From: Bacteroidota bacterium
Lineage (GTDB): Bacteria > Bacteroidota > Bacteroidia > B-17B0 > Aurantibacillaceae
Direction: 5' to 3'
Assembly (NCBI GenBank): GCA_013298715.1
Contig: JAAFIQ010000006.1
Coordinates: 96,080 to 160,079, forward strand
DNA: 64,000 nucleotides
Shown: piece after piece, positions 1-10,203 of the stretch
Layout of the letters: each line of letters opens with the position of its first letter
Numbering within the stretch: position 1 is the first letter of the stretch
The notes under the pieces: model-generated
The model's input: only the letters and a program-made list of their open reading frames with translations
What the model was told of the DNA's origin: nothing
Database searches by the model: none
Made by a program: the position numbers and the translations under genes

Positions 1-2659
1 GTTTAAAAGGTATAATGGCTGGCTGCATTGTATTTATTGGGGCATAGCTATTTTTATAGAGTAACCATGCATAAACACATAATTGAAATTGTTTATTAAA
101 ATTTTGATTTGTGAATAATTGTTCCAAACCATTCATTTCAAATTTATCATTCTGTTGCACAGAATTTTTGTAATCAATTAGTCGTATGTTATTGCCACAT
201 TTATCTATTCTATCTATTTTACCCTTTATAAAAATGGTTTCATTTTTATTATTTATTTGAATACTTAAACTTGATTCAAATTCTTTTTCAAGATCAAGTA
301 TGATTAAGGTTTGCTTGTATTTAGCAAGTTCTAAAACTAATTCAATATCGGTTTCTATCTGTTTTTTTACATAAACGGCAATTACTTCTAACTGCAATAA
401 ATTTTTCCCACTTATAGCTTCATTATTAAAATGGTTCTCAAAGCATTGTTTACAAATGTTGTAACTATTTTCTAAAATTTTAGTTAACTCATCAACTGAA
501 GCAATTTTGTTTTTTAAGAGCAAGTAGCAATTTTCTAAACTACTGTGGAGTATGCTACCAAACGTATTTGCTTCGGCATTTTCTTCAACCTCTGTTAACT
601 CTCTAAGTTTGGCTTGGTATCTAAAATAAAATTTCAAACTACATTCTTTCAAAACCAACAAAGCAGAAGGGGATAAGGATTGAAACGCTTCATTAGACAA
701 GGCTTTTTTAAGAATGTTTGAGAGCGTAAGTTCATTTTTTTTAATCGTAATTCCGTTTTGTAGTTTAGGCGCTGAATTGCTTGTATTTGCAGCGTGTTCA
801 GTAATTTTGATTAAAGGATTAAAATGTTTTAATTCTAAAAGTAATTGCGTAACAAACCTACTCATTTCACCTTTACCAAAGGTATCGGTTACGCTATCGT
901 AGGTAATGGTTACATTTTTTGCGCGTTGTAGTAATCTATAAAAGTGGTAAGCATATATGCTGTCTTTTTCAGTATACAATGGTAATTCAAAAGCTCGTTT
1001 TAAATCATTTGGTAAAAATGAATTTAAACTTTTTCCTGCTGGTAAAACGCCTTCATTTACATTTACAAAAATTATATTCTCGAAATCAAGAGTTCTTGTT
1101 TCAAGTACCCCCATAATTTGTATACCTTGTAAAGGTTCACCAATAAAAGGAACTGAGGCTGTTCCAACAACCTGATTAAATAATTGTTTAAATACTTTTA
1201 TATCGTTAAAGTTTGGGTATTTATCAATTACGGATGCAATTCTAATACACAGCTTAAGCAATTTATTCAAATATTCTTGCTCTAAACTATTAATTTTCGA
1301 ATTAGCATCTAATTCCTCTTGTTGTAATAAGGTTTGTATTACTTTAATAATATTGGTATTTAACGCCAGTGCGTTTTTTTGTGGGGTGAATAAAAATTCA
1401 ATCGAAGTAAAGTTATCATCAAATAAAAACTGTAGATGTTTTTGTGTAATAAAGGCTAAATTATTTTCGTTTACTTGATTAATTATTTTATTCGTATTTG
1501 TTTTTGGTGAGTATTGCTGTATTAGCTTATTAAACAAAGGTTGTAGCAATAAGGCAGTAAAATCTTTATAATAAATACTTTTTTTTGGAGATGTTTGTTT
1601 GATAAAATTTAGTTGAATAGAAATTAGTTGATCGATAAAACTATAGGTGGCTGTGTACCTAATTGGGTATTCCATAGTGATATTAACGTGCTCAACTTCT
1701 TTTGGTAATTGCTTTAAAACTGGCCACAACAATTTTTCATTCGCTAAAACTATTGCAATCTTATCCAAAGGTACATTGTTAGAAATATACTCTTGTATTT
1801 TTTGTTTTACAACCTGCGCTTGTCCAATTTGTTTTGGCACCGAAATTATTTCAATGTTTTTTTCTTGCGTAAAGTTATTTTCAATAAATTTTAATTCTTT
1901 TTCAGGAAATAGTTTAAAGTTTTTTCTTAAAAACAAACCTGCTTCTTGTAGGTTATTTTTCAGATAATAATTGTCTGCATCCCACAATAAATCAGCCTTT
2001 TGTTGCTTTACATAGTGCGAAATTATTTTTATTTCAGCTGCATTTAGTGCATTAAATCCACAAAACAATAGTTTATCAAATGAATAGGCAAACGTATTTT
2101 GTTGAATGTTATTTGCTGCTTGTTTGTATGCTAAACCTTGGTAAGCCCATTTATTAAGTATTAAAAAAGAAGAGTAGTGTTCATAAATATTACCCAAACT
2201 TTCCATAAAGCGCAAATATTTTTGCTGGTATTCGCTTAATGTTTCTTCACCTAAACTCCAATTTTCAATAACTTTAATGTCTTTTAAATTGGTGTAAATT
2301 TGTTTACTATCTGCAAGGTATCTATCAATCTCATTAAAATCGGCTAAAATTAATTGCCCCCATTTCACAAACGAATCAAAGGGTTCGGCATCGGTGCCAT
2401 AGCACACTTTATAGCTTTCATATAAATTACAAATCAAATCTAATTCTTCAATTATTTTTAATTCGCTTAATTCAGCAATTAATTCCTCAGCACTAATAAT
2501 TTTTGGTAACCAAATTGTTTTATTGAATTGATTTGCCAAGTATTTTTTTAAAAAAAGTGCTCCTCTTTTATTTGGAAGTATAATACAAAGCTTTTCTACG
2601 TTATCTTTGTAGTTAATAAAAATATATTCGGCTACTTTTTTTAGAAAAGCTTCTTTCAT
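1..2659 (-). CDS. PD-(D/E)XK nuclease family protein, AddB-like (3' end runs off the window)
   Basis: The minus-strand frame is open from ATG (2659-2657) down to nt 2. It is absent from the ORF track because there is no stop in the window. N-terminus is MKEAFLKKVAEYIFINYKDNVEKLCIILPNKRGALFLKKYL. Near the window edge the same frame reads GKIDRIDKCGNNIRLIDYKNS (nt ~223-161) and QLCVYAWL (nt ~85-62), matching RecB-type nuclease motifs (G.IDR.D / DYK / QL..Y). Confidence 0.7.
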   Translation of the reverse strand, partial: MKEAFLKKVAEYIFINYKDNVEKLCIILPNKRGALFLKKYLANQFNKTIWLPKIISAEELIAELSELKIIEELDLICNLYESYKVCYGTDAEPFDSFVKWGQLILADFNEIDRYLADSKQIYTNLKDIKVIENWSLGEETLSEYQQKYLRFMESLGNIYEHYSSFLILNKWAYQGLAYKQAANNIQQNTFAYSFDKLLFCGFNALNAAEIKIISHYVKQQKADLLWDADNYYLKNNLQEAGLFLRKNFKLFPEKELKFIENNFTQEKNIEIISVPKQIGQAQVVKQKIQEYISNNVPLDKIAIVLANEKLLWPVLKQLPKEVEHVNITMEYPIRYTATYSFIDQLISIQLNFIKQTSPKKSIYYKDFTALLLQPLFNKLIQQYSPKTNTNKIINQVNENNLAFITQKHLQFLFDDNFTSIEFLFTPQKNALALNTNIIKVIQTLLQQEELDANSKINSLEQEYLNKLLKLCIRIASVIDKYPNFNDIKVFKQLFNQVVGTASVPFIGEPLQGIQIMGVLETRTLDFENIIFVNVNEGVLPAGKSLNSFLPNDLKRAFELPLYTEKDSIYAYHFYRLLQRAKNVTITYDSVTDTFGKGEMSRFVTQLLLELKHFNPLIKITEHAANTSNSAPKLQNGITIKKNELTLSNILKKALSNEAFQSLSPSALLVLKECSLKFYFRYQAKLRELTEVEENAEANTFGSILHSSLENCYLLLKNKIASVDELTKILENSYNICKQCFENHFNNEAISGKNLLQLEVIAVYVKKQIETDIELVLELAKYKQTLIILDLEKEFESSLSIQINNKNETIFIKGKIDRIDKCGNNIRLIDYKNSVQQNDKFEMNGLEQLFTNQNFNKQFQLCVYAWLLYKNSYAPINTMQPAIIPFK

Positions 2660-2660
2660 T

Positions 2661-2903
2661 ATGCAACAAGATATACATTTTCCAGTTTATTTAAAATACA
2701 AAAATGGCAGGAGTTATTTTAAAATTATTAGTGCATTTGAGTTTGAACAAATACAGGTGATTGGCGCAAAATGTATTTTCAGTAAAACAACGGCTAATCA
2801 GTTTCCTGAAAAAATATTTATAACTGATTTATTGCAAAACACATTTAACAACGTTGAAGTAATAAAAGAAAATGAGTTTAAAAACCTGCTGCAAACTGAC
2901 TAG
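2661..2903 (+). CDS. hypothetical small protein (80 aa)
   Basis: The ORF exactly fills the gap between two minus-strand genes and has a balanced, protein-like composition. I recognise no motif. Confidence 0.35.
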   Translation: MQQDIHFPVYLKYKNGRSYFKIISAFEFEQIQVIGAKCIFSKTTANQFPEKIFITDLLQNTFNNVEVIKENEFKNLLQTD

Positions 2904-2912
2904 CAAGATTTT

Positions 2913-3770
2913 TTATTTCTTTTTAATGATAATTGTGTCAAAACTTGGAGCGTATCCAACAAAAGCGCCTAGTACTTCTTGCTGATAACCAAAAGTGCTT
3001 TTTATGTTTGTAGGTGCACTAAAAGGATTGCTATTGCTTGCTTTGTTTTGATAGTAGGTATTCCAAAAATCATATTCTTTTTTACCAATTTTGCAAAATT
3101 TCACAACAACTGTATCACCTCTTTTGTAATAGCCTCTTTCTGGATCATCTCTGAATTCCTGAATTGCATTGGGTTGCGGGCCTCTATCGTAAGCAAATTT
3201 AAACTCTTTTCCGTCTACAAACTTATCGTCAAAAACACTATTAAATGGCGCAGCAAAAAATTGGTCTTTTGTAAGTCGTTTTGCTAGCCATCTATAACAA
3301 TCACTGCTTCCTGAGGGTTCATTAAAACCTTGCCAAATAAGTCCTAATGAATCTTGTTCTCCTTTAAAATACAAGCTATCTAATTTTGCAGGTTGTAATA
3401 TTTGTGTTACGCTCTGAAAAACTTTATTGTTGAATTTCACTGAGAGTGTATACGTTTTTCCTAATGCTCCAATTACCTTACTTCCTAAATAAAAATACCC
3501 AGTTGACGAATCAAGTTCTTTTAATGTATCCACTAAAACGCCATCTGTAACGGTTGCAAAACCACCTTTAACAAACGCTTTCTCAGGCGTTTCAAAATCA
3601 AATTCACCAAAATATGGTACAGAATATGATAGAAAAACATAAGCAGGTTGATTTGGTTCAATTACACCTTCTACCACCAATAATTGCTTGTAATCGGGCA
3701 TTTTAAGTTTTATATCCTTTCTGCAAGCTGTTATTATAGTGATTATAAATATGAAAATTGTAAAACGCAT
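2913..3770 (-). CDS. DUF4249-like lipoprotein
   Basis: Lipoprotein signal (IITIITAC), about 285 aa, with LVVEGVI near the N-terminus. Its ATG overlaps the stop of the upstream TonB receptor gene (TAATG), the usual pairing for this family. Confidence 0.7.
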   Translation of the reverse strand: MRFTIFIFIITIITACRKDIKLKMPDYKQLLVVEGVIEPNQPAYVFLSYSVPYFGEFDFETPEKAFVKGGFATVTDGVLVDTLKELDSSTGYFYLGSKVIGALGKTYTLSVKFNNKVFQSVTQILQPAKLDSLYFKGEQDSLGLIWQGFNEPSGSSDCYRWLAKRLTKDQFFAAPFNSVFDDKFVDGKEFKFAYDRGPQPNAIQEFRDDPERGYYKRGDTVVVKFCKIGKKEYDFWNTYYQNKASNSNPFSAPTNIKSTFGYQQEVLGAFVGYAPSFDTIIIKKK

Positions 3771-6211
3771 TAAAATTTAAAATTCCAGGTTACACTTGGT
3801 AAAATTGGAAACAAGGTTACCTGCCTTGCGCCTACTTTTAAGGTTCCGTTTGCAAAATCACCACGCCTTGTAAGGTATATAAAATAAGGGTTGTAGCGAT
3901 TATAAACATTAAAAACACTTAACGTAAAACTGTTGCTAAAATGTTTGCACCATTTTTTAGAGAGTTGAATTGTTGTGGTATCTTTTCCTTGTGCTTTATA
4001 TTCTTCTGTTAATCGGAGTTTTCTTTTTTCTAATTTTTTTGTTCTGTTTGGGGTAAAGGTCATGTTCAAATCCATTCTATGATACGCTGCAAATTGATAA
4101 GAATTGCGAAGACCATAATCATTACTTAAACTACCTTCAATTATAAAAAATCCGTTTGGTAGGGTGCCCCTGTTTCCGGTGCCATAAACCCAAACCATTC
4201 CAAAATTCCATTGCGGATTTGGATCATAAGTCAATACTAATGATGCATCGTGCCTTCTATCGTACTTTGCTAAAAACTTTAATCCGTAATTAATATCGTT
4301 AAATTGTCGCCAGGCCCAAGAGAGTGTATAGCCAACCCAACCAGTAAATTTACCTGTCCGTTTTTTCACAAATACTTCCACACCGTAGGCCCAGCCTTTT
4401 CCAAAGGTAAATCCATTGTCTGGGTTGTCTAAAATATTATCGCTTGGTTGAGCTCCTTCTTTAAATTCAATTTGATTAGCCATTGTTTTGTAGTATGCTT
4501 CAACGCTTGTTTCATAAGTATTATCTTTTAAATTTTTAAAAAATCCTATTGCATATTGGTTTGCTATTTGTGGCTTAATTACTTCGGTACAAGGCATCCA
4601 AACATCAGTTGGTAAACTAACACTTGAAAAAGATGCTAAGTGAACGTATTGAAAATTTCTTGTGAAAGAAGTTTTTAGCGAAGAAGTTCGATTGAGTTGA
4701 AATCTGGCTGCTAGTCTGGGTTCTAGCCCTGCATACTGTGAAACAATATCCTTACTAGTATAAGAAATAGTATCTATCACTTTTCCAGCGTTATCTTTTA
4801 TATAGCGATTAAAAGGACCCTTGTGAATAAAATATGCTGCACGTAAGCCTATATTTAGTTTAAACCATTGGTTAATGTCCCAATCATCACTTATATAAAC
4901 AGCAGATTCTAAAGAATACAGTTTTATTACTTTTCCTAAATCAAATGTTGTTTCTCCTTGCTTGGCACTAACACTGGTTGGGATAAAGGTATGGTAGGTA
5001 GAATGAATCCCGGTTTTAATTGTATGACGTGAGTTTGGGAAATAATTTACATCGTACTTAAAACCGTAATCTGTTATTCCTGATTTTATTGTTGCTTCAA
5101 AATCTTCTTGCAAGGCGCTAAAGCTAAATTGGTAATCTGTAAAAACAAGGGACAAATTAGAGAATAGTTTAGGATTGAATATGTGATTCCACCTTGCGCA
5201 GGCGGTGGCGTTGCCCCATGGAATTCGGGTTTTAAAATCGTTATCATTATCCGTAAACGAAAATTTGTCTTTACCATAATAGGTGCTCAAGAAAAATCTG
5301 TTCTTGTCGTTTAACGTATAATTTATTTTTGCATTTAGGTCGTAAAAAAAATAGGAGGTTCCTTTAAAATCTGATTTTTCAATAAATGGTTTTGCTAACA
5401 CATCTATATAAGTTCGGCGTGCACTCACAATAAACGAACATTTGTTTTTTATAATTGGTCCTTGAATTGTTATTCGTGATGCAATTAAACCTATTCCTCC
5501 CTCAACCTCGTAGCGTTGGTTATTACCATCTTTAGAAACTATATCTAAAACTGAGGATAAGCGACCTCCGTATTGGGCTGGCATGCCGCCTTTAATAAGA
5601 TTTACGTTTTTGATTGCATCGCCATTAAAAACAGAAAAAAAGCCGAGTAGGTGAGAGGCATTATAGATTGGGGCTTCATCAAGCAAAATTAAATTTTGAT
5701 CTGGTCCTCCGCCACGAACATAGAAACCTGTGTTGCCATCGCCAGCATTTTTTACACCAGGCATAAGCTGAATTGTTTTTAGAATATCTACCTCGCCCAT
5801 GAACGCAGGGATTTTTTTTATTTCGTTCATGTCGAGTTGCACACTGCTCATTTGCGTGTTTTTTACATTTTCATCGCCAGCCTTTGTGCTCACTTCAACC
5901 TCATTTAATAAATTTTCTGCTGGTGTAAAATCAATATTTATTAAACTATTTTTTTGAAGTGAAATAGTTTGAATAATTTCTTTGTACCCTGTGTAATTAA
6001 AAACAATAGTGTAGTTACCTTTTGGAGCTGATAAGCTGTATTGCCCATACTGATTGGTTGATACCGCTTTGTTTATTTCTTTTAAATAAACAGTGGCTCC
6101 TATAATTGTTTCACCATTACTTGCATCTTTGATTGTGCCACTTATAGAAAAATTTTGTGCGAAACTAGAATTAATTAAAGCAAGAAGTAAGTATGTGAAT
6201 ATTTTTTTCAG
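3770..6211 (-). CDS. TonB-dependent receptor with N-terminal carboxypeptidase-regulatory-like domain
   Basis: Plug region (DILKTIQLMPGV, FYVRGGGPDQNLILLDEAPIY) and a C-terminal beta-barrel ending in F. The tracked ORF starts at GTG 5893, but the frame stays open to 6226. The extra region encodes a signal peptide and a CarbopepD_reg-like domain (KKIFTYLLLALINSSFAQNFSISGTIKDASNGETIIGATVYL). The start codon is uncertain; CTG at 6211 is the candidate. Confidence 0.85.
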   Translation of the reverse strand: MKKIFTYLLLALINSSFAQNFSISGTIKDASNGETIIGATVYLKEINKAVSTNQYGQYSLSAPKGNYTIVFNYTGYKEIIQTISLQKNSLINIDFTPAENLLNEVEVSTKAGDENVKNTQMSSVQLDMNEIKKIPAFMGEVDILKTIQLMPGVKNAGDGNTGFYVRGGGPDQNLILLDEAPIYNASHLLGFFSVFNGDAIKNVNLIKGGMPAQYGGRLSSVLDIVSKDGNNQRYEVEGGIGLIASRITIQGPIIKNKCSFIVSARRTYIDVLAKPFIEKSDFKGTSYFFYDLNAKINYTLNDKNRFFLSTYYGKDKFSFTDNDNDFKTRIPWGNATACARWNHIFNPKLFSNLSLVFTDYQFSFSALQEDFEATIKSGITDYGFKYDVNYFPNSRHTIKTGIHSTYHTFIPTSVSAKQGETTFDLGKVIKLYSLESAVYISDDWDINQWFKLNIGLRAAYFIHKGPFNRYIKDNAGKVIDTISYTSKDIVSQYAGLEPRLAARFQLNRTSSLKTSFTRNFQYVHLASFSSVSLPTDVWMPCTEVIKPQIANQYAIGFFKNLKDNTYETSVEAYYKTMANQIEFKEGAQPSDNILDNPDNGFTFGKGWAYGVEVFVKKRTGKFTGWVGYTLSWAWRQFNDINYGLKFLAKYDRRHDASLVLTYDPNPQWNFGMVWVYGTGNRGTLPNGFFIIEGSLSNDYGLRNSYQFAAYHRMDLNMTFTPNRTKKLEKRKLRLTEEYKAQGKDTTTIQLSKKWCKHFSNSFTLSVFNVYNRYNPYFIYLTRRGDFANGTLKVGARQVTLFPILPSVTWNFKF

Positions 6212-6242
6212 CGCTAATATTCTTAATTAGAACTTTGATAGC

Positions 6243-6761
6243 TTATTTTAAAGTAGCACATCCTTTGTAAATTTTATTACCAACTTTTAGTTCTATTTGT
6301 CTGTCTTTTTCGTCTCCGCTTCCAGCTTCAATACATTTTTTATTCTTAATGTTTATTGTAAGATTAGCAGTGCCATTATTTTGTTGAATTGCAATTGTTT
6401 TAGAAAATTCTTTTTCTGTTATTTTTTCAAAATCACAATCAACCATTAAACTGTCTTTGCCATAATCTAGAAGTATTTTTCCTTTATTCGAGTAAAATTC
6501 AGCATACCAGCCAGGTTCTGTGCCGCGCGCAATTAAAAGTAGTTTAGCTGCTATACGGGCATTTGTAATGTTTTTTGCTGTATTTGTTTGAGTTGATTCA
6601 ACTGTTTTGGTGATAACTGCATCACTTGTTTTTTCTGTAGAATCTAATTCACCTAAATTCGTTAAAGCTTCAATTTTACTTGTGGGAATAGAATCATTTT
6701 TGATTTCTGCATTACACCCTGCAAGAAAAATTACACTTATTAAAAAACCAATTTTTTTCAT
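6243..6761 (-). CDS. hypothetical lipoprotein
   Basis: Signal peptide plus lipobox (FLAGC). Lies 2 nt downstream of the transketolase C-subunit gene on the same strand. Confidence 0.6.
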   Translation of the reverse strand: MKKIGFLISVIFLAGCNAEIKNDSIPTSKIEALTNLGELDSTEKTSDAVITKTVESTQTNTAKNITNARIAAKLLLIARGTEPGWYAEFYSNKGKILLDYGKDSLMVDCDFEKITEKEFSKTIAIQQNNGTANLTINIKNKKCIEAGSGDEKDRQIELKVGNKIYKGCATLK

Positions 6762-6763
6762 TT

Positions 6764-7717
6764 TTATTTTCGTTTAATTACTTTTTCAGCAGCCTCAATT
6801 ATGTTTATTGTATCTAATTTATATTTCGTCATTAATTGGTCAGGAGTTCCGCTTTCTCCAAAGCTATCATTTACAGCTACAAATTCTTGTGGTGTTGGTA
6901 AATGTTGCGATAATAATTGTGCTACACTATCGCCTAAGCCACCATTACGTTGGTGTTCTTCTGCTGTTACAACGCATTTAGTTCTTGCAACTGATTTTAA
7001 AATTGCTTCATTATCTAAAGGCTTTATTGTGTGAATGTTTATTAAATCAACACTAATTCCTTTTTCTGAGAGTTTTTCTGCAGCTTCAATTGCCTTCCAA
7101 ACCAAATGTCCGGTGGCTATTATTGTTATATCTGAGCCTTCATTTAGTACAACGGCTTTACCAATTTCAAAATTTTGATTAGCATCCGTAAAGTTAGGAA
7201 CAGAAGGCCTGCCGAATCTTAAATATACAGGACCATGATGTTTTGCCACTGCTAATGTAGCTGCCTTTGTTTGGTTATAATCGCAAGGATTAATTACTAC
7301 CATGTTAGGTAGCATTTTCATTAGGCCAATATCTTCTAGAATTTGGTGCGTTGCTCCGTCTTCACCAAGAGTAAGACCAGCATGTGAAGCTGCAATTTTT
7401 ACATTTTTATCTGAGTAAGCAATGCTTTGACGAATTTGATCGTAAACACGGCCGGTACTAAAGTTTGCAAAGGTTCCTGTAAATGGAATTTTTCCACCTA
7501 TTGTTAAGCCTGCAGCTATTCCCATCATATTAGCTTCGGCAATTCCTATCTGAAAAAACCTTTCCGGATGGTCTTTTTGAAACGCATCCATCTTAAGTGA
7601 GCCAGTTAAATCAGCACATAAGGCTACAACATTCGGATTTGTTTTTCCGAGCTCTGATAATCCTGCACCAAATCCTGATCTTGTATCCTTTTTTTCAGTA
7701 TAAGTATATTTTTTCAT
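6764..7717 (-). CDS. transketolase, C-terminal (pyrimidine-binding) subunit
   Basis: 317 aa. Contains [28 protein letters not shown] and the C-terminal domain typical of split transketolases. Confidence 0.9.
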   Translation of the reverse strand: MKKYTYTEKKDTRSGFGAGLSELGKTNPNVVALCADLTGSLKMDAFQKDHPERFFQIGIAEANMMGIAAGLTIGGKIPFTGTFANFSTGRVYDQIRQSIAYSDKNVKIAASHAGLTLGEDGATHQILEDIGLMKMLPNMVVINPCDYNQTKAATLAVAKHHGPVYLRFGRPSVPNFTDANQNFEIGKAVVLNEGSDITIIATGHLVWKAIEAAEKLSEKGISVDLINIHTIKPLDNEAILKSVARTKCVVTAEEHQRNGGLGDSVAQLLSQHLPTPQEFVAVNDSFGESGTPDQLMTKYKLDTINIIEAAEKVIKRK

Positions 7718-7798
7718 AATAATAGTAATCGAGTAAATCTAATAATTAATTTAATTGTAGTGAATAATAAATATTAACGTATGGTTTAACAATTGCGT

Positions 7799-9169
7799 TT
7801 AATTTAGGTTAATTGTTTGCGAAATATTGCTCTTTACTTCAAAGTTCTTTTCTAAAGTTTTTAAAGTTTCTTTTGCATACTCGTTTCTAAATACAACTTT
7901 GTATTTGCCGGGTTGTAAGTAAATAATTTCATTAACCAAGGCATTGGTTAAATTATAAACCCATGTAACATTTTTTCCGTCATCTAAATAAATACTTCCA
8001 AACCCTGTGCTAGGTTTTTGAAAATACACACTTCCGCTAGCAGGTATTTTTATTGTGTTTGTAGAACTTTGCTTAATTTCTATATCTTTTAAATTAATTT
8101 TAGGTAGCGTTAATACTTCTAAATCATATTTACCTACAATATATTTCTCAGTTTTGCCAAAATCTTGTACGTTCAGTGTTGTAAATTCTTTAGCTTTTCT
8201 TACAAGTGTTGTTGGAAAATATTTACTAATTGTTCCATCAAGCTCTAGTTTTAGATAGCCTTGAGGTGCATCAAGAGGAATTATATTGTGTTTTCCTTTT
8301 GTAATTGAAATGTTTTTTTTCTCTTGAGGAGGAATGGTGTGCACAAATAAATCGTACTTTTTATCAGGGTTCAAAACCAAAGTATCTGGATTGCCACGGT
8401 GATTAATTGTGTGTAAATAATTATACAATACCTTATTTGTATTGGCTTCATAAAAAGTCATGTTTACATCTGTTTCAGTAGGTTTTTTATTTATGTCTAA
8501 TAAATCCACTTCTACTGTTGTTTGCGATAAAGCCTCGGTAATCACAAGAGTTAATACGTCTTTAAAATTTGCTTCATTACTTACATCGTAAAATTTTCCC
8601 ATGCAACCAAACACATCTGCAAACTTTACATCAAGCCCAACTCCAATTACAAATGGTCTTAAAAAAACGCCTTTCTTCTGCAGTTCTGCGCTTATTTCGC
8701 ATGGGTTTCCGCCACACTCTTCTATACCATCTGTTATTAAAATTACAATATTTCTTACATTACTTTTTGAAGGAAAATCGGCAGCGCATTGTCCTAAAGA
8801 GTAGGCTATTGGCGTTGTTCCCAATGGTTCTAATTTCTTAATGCGTTGTTTTATTTTTTCAGAATTTATTTTTGCATTATCAAACGGCACTTCTAATTTG
8901 GTGTCTTTGCAGTTTCTATCGGGTTTAAAAAATGTGGTGTGTCCATAGCATCTGAGCGCAAGTTCTAAATTTGGCAAATTTTTTAAGCTGTCTAAAAACT
9001 CTCCCATTACGCGTTTAGCAACTTCTATTTTAATGTTGCTATTCCATGGGGCATACATGCTGTAGCTGTCGTCAAAAATAAAAAGTATGCGATTGGTAAC
9101 TTGAGATTTTAGATTGAAAAACGTGGTGATTAGAAAAAAGCAAAGTATATATTTTCTAATTTGTTGCAA
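7799..9169 (-). CDS. von Willebrand factor type A domain protein, secreted
   Basis: Signal peptide, MIDAS-like FIFDDSYSM, and ILITDGIEECGG typical of vWA domains. Confidence 0.75.
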   Translation of the reverse strand: MQQIRKYILCFFLITTFFNLKSQVTNRILFIFDDSYSMYAPWNSNIKIEVAKRVMGEFLDSLKNLPNLELALRCYGHTTFFKPDRNCKDTKLEVPFDNAKINSEKIKQRIKKLEPLGTTPIAYSLGQCAADFPSKSNVRNIVILITDGIEECGGNPCEISAELQKKGVFLRPFVIGVGLDVKFADVFGCMGKFYDVSNEANFKDVLTLVITEALSQTTVEVDLLDINKKPTETDVNMTFYEANTNKVLYNYLHTINHRGNPDTLVLNPDKKYDLFVHTIPPQEKKNISITKGKHNIIPLDAPQGYLKLELDGTISKYFPTTLVRKAKEFTTLNVQDFGKTEKYIVGKYDLEVLTLPKINLKDIEIKQSSTNTIKIPASGSVYFQKPSTGFGSIYLDDGKNVTWVYNLTNALVNEIIYLQPGKYKVVFRNEYAKETLKTLEKNFEVKSNISQTINLN

Positions 9170-9198
9170 CTGTATATGCTAAATTCTAATTTATAATG

Positions 9199-10047
9199 TT
9201 AGTAATCTCCTAAAGTTACAGGCAATTGCGCTAAGGCTTTTTGCAATTGTTCATCATTAGGTGCGCTGCCATGCCATTTATGTGTACCCATCATAAAATC
9301 AACACCTTGCCCCATTTCTGTTTTCATTAAAATTATCACTGGTTTTCCTCTACCAAGTTGTTGTTTAGCAAGGTTAAAGTATTCAATCACCTTTTCAATG
9401 CTGTTTCCTTCATGATTTTCAATAACTGTAAATCCAAAAGCTTCAAATTTTAATTTTAAGTTGCCTAAACTCAATACGTTTTCAACATCGCCGTCAATTT
9501 GTCGTCCGTTATAATCAACAGTAGCTATTAAGTTGTCAACTTTGTTAGCAGAAGCATACATGGCGGCTTCCCAAATTTGCCCTTCTTGTAATTCTCCATC
9601 ACCATGCAATGTATAAATTATGCCTTTGTCATTATTTAATTTTTTTGCTAATGCTGCACCAATTGCTACACTTAAGCCTTGCCCTAACGAACCGCTAGCT
9701 ATTCTTACCCCTGGTAATCCTTCGTGCGTGGTTGGATGGCCTTGTAAGCGTGAATTTAATTTTCTAAATGTTGCTAATTCGTTAATTTCAAAATACCCGC
9801 TTCTTGCTAAAACACTATAAAAAACAGGACTAATATGACCATTACTTAAGAAAAATAAATCTTCGTTTTTGCCATCCATTGCAAAATTTTGAGCGTTATG
9901 ATTCATAACACCATTATAAAGTGCCACTAAATATTCTACACAGCCTAAAGAACCGCCCGGATGACCAGAGCTAACAGCGTGTACCATTCGTAAAATATCT
10001 CTGCGCACCTGTGTGCATAGTTGCTTTAAATCGTTTGTGGTTTGCAT
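9199..10047 (-). CDS. transketolase, N-terminal (TPP-binding) subunit
   Basis: Contains GHPGGSLG, GHISP and GDGELQEGQIWEA motifs. I prefer the start at the internal ATG (MQTTNDLKQL) over the tracked 10065 start. Confidence 0.9.
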   Translation of the reverse strand: MQTTNDLKQLCTQVRRDILRMVHAVSSGHPGGSLGCVEYLVALYNGVMNHNAQNFAMDGKNEDLFFLSNGHISPVFYSVLARSGYFEINELATFRKLNSRLQGHPTTHEGLPGVRIASGSLGQGLSVAIGAALAKKLNNDKGIIYTLHGDGELQEGQIWEAAMYASANKVDNLIATVDYNGRQIDGDVENVLSLGNLKLKFEAFGFTVIENHEGNSIEKVIEYFNLAKQQLGRGKPVIILMKTEMGQGVDFMMGTHKWHGSAPNDEQLQKALAQLPVTLGDY

Positions 10048-10175
10048 AATTAAAAAACAGTCCAAAAGTAATTTAATTATTCGGTTACTTAGAGCTTTGT
10101 TTAAAACCTTTGTTAAGTGTTAAAAACTCAATAATTACAACCTTCATAAGCTTATGTTTAAACTTTACAATTTGG

Positions 10176-10183
10176 TATATTTG
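10176..10183 (+). promoter_or_regulatory. Bacteroidota -7 promoter box (TATATTTG)
   Basis: Matches the TAnnTTTG consensus, 21 nt upstream of the ychF ATG. Confidence 0.45.
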
Positions 10184-10203
10184 TGAGTTTTTTAAATTAA
10201 TTT

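Noticed and set aside
714-1967. Plus-strand ORFs at 714-902, 919-1116, 957-1175 and 1647-1967.
   Set aside because: They are antisense to the long, uninterrupted minus-strand AddB-like nuclease ORF. They are Cys/Phe-rich, have no motifs, and are typical antisense artefacts of AT-rich DNA.
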